64,000 nt of DNA from Orbicella franksi (Eukaryota), in assembly GCA_964199315.1 (NCBI GenBank), contig OZ116707.1:496001-560000 (forward strand). The letters are read 5' to 3'. The translations under genes and the position numbers were made by a program. The notes beneath the pieces were generated by a model. That model had not been told where the DNA came from. It ran no database searches and saw only the letters and a program-made list of their open reading frames with translations. The stretch's first letter is position 1. Each line of letters starts with the position of its first letter. Below, one piece after another: positions 37,104-64,000 of this stretch.

Positions 37104-37866
37104 ATGGGGAGGAGAATGGTTAAGGGGCGTATTTTCGGGAACGGCGGAGCCGGGGATATGGGGCTGGGGGTCCCCCCATTTTCAAGCAAAAAATACATAA
37201 AATAATAATTTTACAAATATCGCCAGACTCTCTTCAAGTTAGGGCCTCTGGTGCTCGCTTGGAAGCCTCCCCCCCCCCCCCCCCACCTCCCAATTCAAAA
37301 TACACTCCGCCATCCCTGATTCGTTGCTGTTTTTTTATTGTTATTATTATTATTTTTTTTTGCGTCCGTTAGATAGTCAATGCAGGTACCGAATTTTTCT
37401 AATTTGCAATACAGCTACGTTCCCAAAGCCCTCACGTGACCACATATTTTCTCGCTCCACGCTCGGCTTTGCGGCTCGACTTGTAGGCTCTGGGCACGGA
37501 AATGGACCTCGGTTCTGAAATGAAAGCAATCTCCAAGCTAGGAGTATTTTTTCACACTTAAAATATTTAAATAAATTAAAAACTTATGTGAAACTTTACC
37601 TAGACCTAGATTTATGAGAAGTTTTCACAGAGTCTGTAATTCCTTTTGCATTGGTCTGCATTCGGATCTGGAATGTAGAGTCTTTCTTTTTCCAAACAAA
37701 ACTGTCTGTTTTTTTCTCTGTCGGAAATCGCGGCATTTCTCTGGGATTTTGCTAGCGGTCTATCCAAGTTTTTCGCTCGCACCAGGTGAGCCCGAAACGA
37801 TTGACCGCGGCGACCTTTCGAGGCCTAAGAACCAGGCAGGTTGGAAACGAGGTTGTTGTAGGGCAA

Positions 37867-37880
37867 GTTTCCATAGCAAC
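37867..37880. promoter_or_regulatory. RFX X-box upstream of CFAP20
   Basis: GTTTCCATAGCAAC fits the GTNNCCATRGNAAC consensus, ~160 bp before the ATG of a ciliary gene, in a CpG-rich segment. Confidence 0.75.
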
Positions 37881-38041
37881 TCTTCTGCCGCGCATGAACA
37901 AACAGAAAACTCGCGCCTAGCGACACTAAGCCACTGTTCACTTGTACTACAACACACTGGTTGCGGTTGTGAAAGGAAGGGGGTGGTTCGTGATTTCTGT
38001 AGATATATTTGAGGAAAAAAAAGATTTCAACACAGATAAAC

Positions 38042-40110
38042 ATGTTTAAGAACACGTTTCAATCGGGATTTCTCTCCATATTGTACAGTATTGGCAGCAA
38101 GCCGTTACAGATCTGGGATAAGAAAGTGAGCTTACGTGATATGCAGTCGATTCAACGTGGTTCCTCCATGTGTGTTTGTTTTTGATCGAGATTTTCTGTT
38201 AAACTGTTGAACTTCTTTCTGTTTCAGGTTAGAAATGGACATATCAAGAGAATAACTGATAACGATATTCAGTCGCTTGTATTGGAGGTTGTTGGAACCA
38301 ACGTCAGGTAAAAACAGAATGGGTTACTAACAATAACTCCTCTCGATCTACCCTGAATGTGTAGCTTGTAGAAAAAGACGAAAACTGTATTTTTTTGTCA
38401 GTCCAGTTGTTACGTTTTTCTGTGGTTTTCGTTGGCGTATTACCTGAATTTCTCTCTAATTTACTTCTGGTATTTTTCTCCCTTGCAGTACAACTTACAT
38501 CACATGTCCAGCAGATCCCAAGAAGACACTTGGAATCAAGCTACCATTTCTTGTGATGATCATCAAAAATCTGAAAAAATACTTCACCTTCGAAGTTCAG
38601 GTAAACAAGATACGAATGGCTTCTTGAGATATTTGAGCTAAGATCGTTAGAAATTCAGTAGTTTTAGAAAATATTCGAAGTTTGCGTTACTTCCTCACAA
38701 CGTCCTCATTTGTTGACACTTCCAGGTCCTGGACGACAAGAATGTAAAGAGGCGATTTCGCGCTTCCAACTATCAGTCGACCACACGGGTAAAACCTTTC
38801 ATTTGCACGATGCCAATGAGACTTGACGACGGGTGGAATCAAATTCAGGTAAACTATTATTGAATTTTTCTTTGGAAAACCTCTGTTGCTAGCGTGTTAC
38901 AAATTAAGAGGACATTATATCAAATAGATTTTGATTGAAGTTTGGTTGTTTGTTGTACGAGCTTAAAAGCTGACATCGGCTTTGATTTATTTGGTAAATG
39001 TTGTTTCCTTTGAAGTTTTTGTTCTTAATAAAGAGAAACGAAATCGAAATTCTGTTGCTAATGCGATATACTGTTTTTGTAATCTGTGGTATTAACATGA
39101 ACTGTTTCTTTCCTCACAGTTTAATCTATCAGATTTCACGAGACGAGCGTATGGTACAAACTACATCGAAACACTTCGAGTTCAGGTAAGATTAGAGCTA
39201 TAATTCTTTGTGCTTGTGTTGTAACACTCAGGGGTCTTATTAAATTTAAGGGTTTTGCAACCCTTCAAAGAACAATAAAGTTTCCTGTGAGATCTGCTGA
39301 CTGTATATGAGTTTACCATGACAACTTGCGTTTTCACCTAAAGGAAAAACTTTTTAGTATATTTATTGAAAAAAAACTTTAATATACACCATGGTTTATT
39401 TGTCTGTGCCACAAGCTCTTTGCAATAATCAAGTTAGTTTACTGTCACAAGGTGACTTTACACAATGAGTGCTGTGTTGGTGATATCGACAATCATTAAG
39501 CTTTGTTAAAGGCTCAGAAAAATTTAGCTTGCCTAATGCCTTTTTGTGAAGGTTATATTTTGCAAGCAGTAAACATTCAATTAACACACTTGCAACAATA
39601 CTAAGGAGGAAAATGGGAAAGATTACCTGTCTACTATAACACAAAATTCTTTATGAGAAAATGTTTTTATTTACCTGTTTTGCAAGCTTTTTGCACAATC
39701 TGATGATCAGAAATTAGAGTAAATGATGGCAAAAAGTTTAACCCCTCGACAAACCCTCCCGGTGGCTTTTGTTTCACAGTCAGTTTACTTGTAACACTAA
39801 TTCAAGTTTATAAAAGTTAGCTAGGGTTCTTTTTCTGTGGTCAAAAAGCTTTCTTTCTCTGTGATTCTAGTACTTTGAGATTAGTGTTATCAAATCAATT
39901 TTAAAGCTGATACTTATGTATAAATAGCTAATACTGCCTTGAACATGTAGGTATTTATTGGGTTGTTCTCACTTACTGATATTTGAACTACAGATCCACG
40001 CAAACTGCAGAATCAGACGAGTTTACTTTTCTGACCGACTTTACTCAGAAGATGAACTTCCGGCAGAATTCAAGCTATACTTACCTGTACAAAACAAGGC
40101 AAAGGCGTAA
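38042..40110 (+). CDS. CFAP20: Cilia- and flagella-associated protein 20 (BUG22/C16orf80 orthologue), 193 aa, 6 coding exons
   Basis: Exons 38042-38125, 38228-38307, 38489-38600, 38726-38848, 39120-39185, 39994-40110 (582 nt, all GT-AG); [28 protein letters not shown]...[28 protein letters not shown]. Confidence 0.97.
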
Positions 40111-43073
40111 AGGTAAATTATGGAGACACTTTTCGCAATGAGTTAGATGGGACACCTTTGTCACATACAGTTAACACACAACAAATCTAAAACACAGAAT
40201 CTAAAACACAGAAAATGTTGTGGAACTGTAAAAATGGGTTACAACCTCAAGAGAATCATAAAAACAGTCAAAGTTATGTATACATGTGTTTGGTGCAATG
40301 TAAGCCATGTGAGCTACAGCAGTCACATCTGACAAAGTTGTACATTCAGAATCAGCTCTTATAAATCATTTTATGCGGTATTTCAAGTCTAATGTTGCCT
40401 TTCTTTAAGTTTTGTATGAGCTACAGAACTTCAACAATTTACAGACAACATATTCAAGCTTCCATTAGCTTAAATTGTAGAAATTATACAAATTGCAGTT
40501 GTTTGCCTTCATGTTTTGTCTTTCTGTCTGCTTTTCTTCAAAGATTGTCTTTTTTAAAAAATATTACTGTTCAAACAGCTTCACTGGAAGCCATTTGATT
40601 ACTCAAGACCACAAGTTGTGAGAGCTACTTAGGCCCAGGTTGCACCAGAGCCAATTTTGTCTGTATACATAATAAATCTGTCGACAAGTAACGTAAAATA
40701 AGTGTGACCCCCAGTTTCAAAAACTTGCCAAATTTTTGCTGATTGCCAAAATTTTGCCAATCTTCGAAGAAGCCAAAGTGATGCCTCGGAGGCTTCCAGA
40801 TTTTGACAAAGCAAACAATTTTGTTTGTTTGTTTTTTTTAAACCATTTGACTGTCATATTTTTAAAACATGTCTGGATAAAATTACGGCAAGAAAATAAC
40901 TTTGACAGCTAGTCCAGTTTGGCATGTGCGATGGCAGGAGAAAATCATTTTTTACCTGGTCCATCTCAGGTTTTTTTACAGTTATTTCAGTGCAAATGAG
41001 GAATATGAGTGGCATTTTTATTCAAATTCTTATGACTGGTATCATGGATGTGGTTACTGGCAGCAATTTGAAGAGAGGACTTCTGCGAGACAATCTTCTT
41101 CGATCGCAAGTAGTGCAAGCAACAACACAAACGCATGCAAGCCAAGCAAAATCTGCTCATCCAATTATGGGCCAAAAATCACGAGTTGCTGTAGAGTGGA
41201 GAGTCGAGAACATGTAGCGTGGAGAAAAATCTGCAGAGTTCAACTCTTGCATGAAATCTAATGAAATATTTAATTGAGAAACATAGATCTTGTGATGTAT
41301 ATTTCAATCAGTAACGTTTTGGTTCCAACATGTTGGTCTAATGTGACCACTGCCAAAATTTGGAACTTGCAAAATTTTTGCCAATTTTTTTCCTCACGAA
41401 AAATTGGAAATATTTGAATTTGCTCTAGTGCGACCCGGCCCTTACAGTTTCCTTCCTTCTCTACACCACTGTGGTAAACATTAAACAGGAAACACTTATG
41501 TAGTAAACTAATCAAATGTTCTTTCTTTTTTCTTGCAGTAATGAAAGCTGACAGATGGATTTTAAGAGTTTTTTTTTTGGGGGGGGGGGAATGGCAGGGG
41601 GGACAATAACTCTGTAGCTGAAACAGCCTTAAAATTAGCATAATTTGTCTTCTTTGCCTAAGGTTATTTTAATTTGCCTTTAAAAGGGAAGTTAATTCTT
41701 TGCAGTTCAGGTTTTGACATTAATTTAATTTTCCTTATGCGCTAATGTATAAAAAGTTCTACAGAAGGATTTTTTGTCATGTAGAAAGATACAACTTATA
41801 CTTTAGCTGCAAGTAAAGGTACTTAGACTCCAAATTTCTACACAGTTTACAACGTCAATATCATTTCTGACTGTATTTTTTACTCAAACACTTATTATTC
41901 TCTGAGCTTTGTAATTATAACATTGTAAAAAGAAAAATAAATATACAATGAAAATAAGACGTAATCAGTTGTTAGTTGGTTATTTCTCTGGATCGTACAA
42001 AATATGGTTAGGCTTCATGGATTGGTGAGAAACTAAGTAAATCCGTTTTATAACTTCTCAGTATATTTCAAACTTCACAAAACAATAGCAGTCAAAAACA
42101 CTTTTATCCTGGAAAAATTAAAACCTTGATCAACAGTTCATTCTGGATTAGTGTTAATCGGCTCTAAGAGCAACACAGCTGTAGTTTATAAACTGTTCCC
42201 AGTTCTGGCTGATGTTTCTGTTGGTTTATGCTAAACTTTGCCTGGAATAGCTATTTACAGTAGCAGCTCCAAGGGATGCTCAGAAGGGGAGAGGGGATTT
42301 GTGGTCCTTGCAGTAATTTAAAACAATCAAGTTGGGGATAATGCATAAGAAAAGCCTGACATGTAACACCTTTCAAAATCTGAAGCATATTTTGTAAATA
42401 AAGTTACTGGTACTAGCTGCGAATCACACAGAACTTGAACTTTTGTGTTAAAATAGAACTTTTTTCCCTGAAGGTTTCGCTAGACTGTCCCTTTCAAGCC
42501 AAACTTGTAAAAAGTGTACTTCCTAAGGCACTGCAATCGATGAGGAGGATTAGCCACTACCAGCACTTTCCCAGAGAGCTTTACCTTGGACTAACATCTG
42601 GATGTCAACCTAGGTGAATCCTGTTCTCTTGGTCAGGGTATCGTGATAGATTATCTGTTTTGTAGACGTCCTCTCCTCCTAGAGGGTTGCCACTTGTGCT
42701 GCTTTCCCTTCCTCAGTGGAGGTCTGAGTGGCTATCTTTGTGATCCGAAAGGATCAGTTGCTGTGTGGCACAGTAAATGGTTCAAAAGTTGTAAATAGTA
42801 ATAAGTCAGTGCCAAATTAAACTCAATTTGTTAGTAGATGTTTCAGGCCTAGCCCTTTCTCAGTGCTAAGCACTAACAACTACTAAGTGCCCAGTACTAA
42901 TGCCAGACACTGTGATGAAATGTGTCAAATTTTTCATCTTGTCACCCGTGGGCCGCATGGAATAAACATGGATTTTATTTTTTTAAACAGTTTGACACTC
43001 GCAAGCTTTTAGCAATCCGTTACAGTCACGCGTACAACTGTCCAATATTCAATGATGTGTCCCATTCAAAACT

Positions 43074-43110
43074 TAGCACTGAGGAAGGGCCAGGCCTGAA
43101 ACGTCTGCTA
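43074..43110 (+). ncRNA. Minimal type-I hammerhead ribozyme motif (Penelope-type)
   Basis: UAGCA CUGAGGA A GGGC cag GCCU GAAA CGUC UGCUA: 5-bp stem I, 4-bp stem II with a G-U pair, GUC cleavage triplet. Confidence 0.6.
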
Positions 43111-44730
43111 TAAAAACTTGAGTTTAATTTGGTACTGAATTATTACTATTTACAACTTTTTATCTTTGTGATCCTCCTGGATATCAGAAGAGTTGCTGTT
43201 CTCTGACTTAAATGTCACGAGGCACTCCCAGCTGACCCAATAGCTCAGTTGATCAGTGTTGTTAACCTTGTCATTATCATGCAAATCCCGCTGAGTCCAA
43301 CATTCCCTTTGTGTTCATCATTGTCTGATTTTCAAATTCGTTTGGTTCTCTTTCTGTGGCTAGAGTTGCTCAGTGTCTGGCATTCATGCTAGATGCTGAT
43401 TGATAAGGACTACGTAGCCAACCCAATTTGTATTCAGCTTTTGAGGCAGCCTAACAAACTGCTGGGTAGTACTGGTAACCTATAACAAAACAGTAGTGGG
43501 CCATTCCCCTTGTGAAGTAATGTGAAGTAATGGAAAGAAGAGATGTCTGCATGCAGACTACTACCTACAACATAAAATAAAAACAAACACAAGGAACAAC
43601 CTTTTGAAAAGAAAAATATGCCCAAAGCTTACTATTGAAATTTTCACTGTGGTGTTCAGTCAGCATTATTCTGCTTATTGTACTCAATTCATTGTGATAT
43701 TCAACTCCCCTTTTAAAAGAAACCCACTTTGATGATTTAGCCTTACAAAGATGTGTGGTGTTTCTGACTAACAGTAAATCAGGGACCCTACAAATGTTTT
43801 TCATAGGTCTCCAGGTCTTGAATCACACTGAAGAAGTTTCATGATCACACAGGTACAAAAAACTTCACCTTACAGACATTCCTCCCTAGTACAGACAATT
43901 AACTTGTCAGAGAAACCAGAATTCATCTCTAATATGGACATCTCCATATTATTAATACTCTGGCCCTTTGCTGTCTGTTATATGAGTGGTTTGATTGACA
44001 TCGCGAGTTTGAACACAACTCAAAACTGCAATGTGGCAGCTGCTGTGTAATCGTTCAAGAAGCCATGACATCAACACAAAATTCTTTTTACTATCTCAAG
44101 ATTTTTATTTCAAAACTTGATTGAATGGACAAGGTATCTTTAGGAAAGACATCTTTTCTGTTTTATGTATACTGTACATTGCTTTAAAGCTCAACTTCAG
44201 GGAAAACAAACCTTAAAATCAAAACAAATTTTGAGGGATTAATATCTGTACTCTAAGGCGACACAACCATAAAAAAGCCCCTATAATCTGTGGAGTGAAA
44301 GTAATTCCAAAGTTGTTGAATTTTAGTTTCAGACCTTTTTCAGCAGGAGGGAGGTCATTGCTGGTTGTCCAAGTTATTTCCAGAAGTTTATTACATTCTG
44401 AATGCTACAGTATGCTGTTTGGCAACTTCCAACTTCTAGTGATACTGTTCATCTAGTGACTATAATGTTGGAAACTGCTAATAAGTTTAAAAGAGAGAAA
44501 AGCATGAAAACACTAATAATGCTTATATAACTTAATTTCATGATTTGGATATTCTGACTGTGAAACAAAAAACCGTTAAATTTGCCTATGTGACTACAAG
44601 TCATAAACACCAAACAAATACTAAAACAATATTATCATCACTGTACATTTTTGATAAATAACCAAAATGTTTCCTTTGGCTGCCTGTTTGTTTCATAGTC
44701 TTTTAGCTGCTGCTTTCACGAAGACTGAAC

Positions 44731-63936
<19,206 letters not shown>

Positions 63937-64000
63937 CTAACAAAACAGATATATAAGAGACCTTATTTTAAAAGCTATTAAACTTTTGAGGTTTGAATCA

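Noticed and set aside
42520-42785. U3 snoRNA, RNase P/MRP RNA or HDV-like ribozyme identity (GGTCTGAGTGG, CCCAGAGA, GGCTAAT motifs)
   Set aside because: Motif order and spacing do not fit: no box C after the 5' stem, CR elements in the wrong order, no P1/P3 pairing. Kept only as an unidentified structured island
43230-43310. tRNA-like A-box TAGCTCAGTTG
   Set aside because: No intact B-box or cloverleaf; at most a decayed tRNA-derived SINE

Overview
AT-rich animal genomic DNA. The repeat landscape suggests a cnidarian, probably a stony coral (inference). The left ~37 kb has no recognisable host gene and consists of mobile-element debris: a hAT end, decayed Polinton/adintovirus genes (pPolB, major capsid protein, adenain-like protease), a YqaJ nuclease remnant, a Penelope-like element, CR1-group LINE pieces, a Kolobok-like transposase, a BEL/Pao remnant and several MITEs. 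It also holds one very young Gypsy LTR retrotransposon (26041-30981) with identical 222-bp LTRs, a 5-bp TSD and a tRNA-Leu PBS; its 200-N gap appears to hide no sequence. The right part has two conserved host genes arranged tail-to-tail. CFAP20 (+, 6 exons, 193 aa) has a consensus RFX X-box upstream. The 3' ~940 codons of CPSF1 (-) span 28 exons plus a probable 6-nt microexon, and its 5' end lies beyond the window. Two apparently intact minimal hammerhead ribozyme motifs flank CFAP20. I found nothing I can show to be a wholly new biological system. The strongest leads are the microexon, the viral remnant, the hammerheads, a structured island at 42.5 kb and a MITE carrying X-boxes. All coordinates and translations were made by eye, and family assignments rest on remembered motifs rather than database searches.
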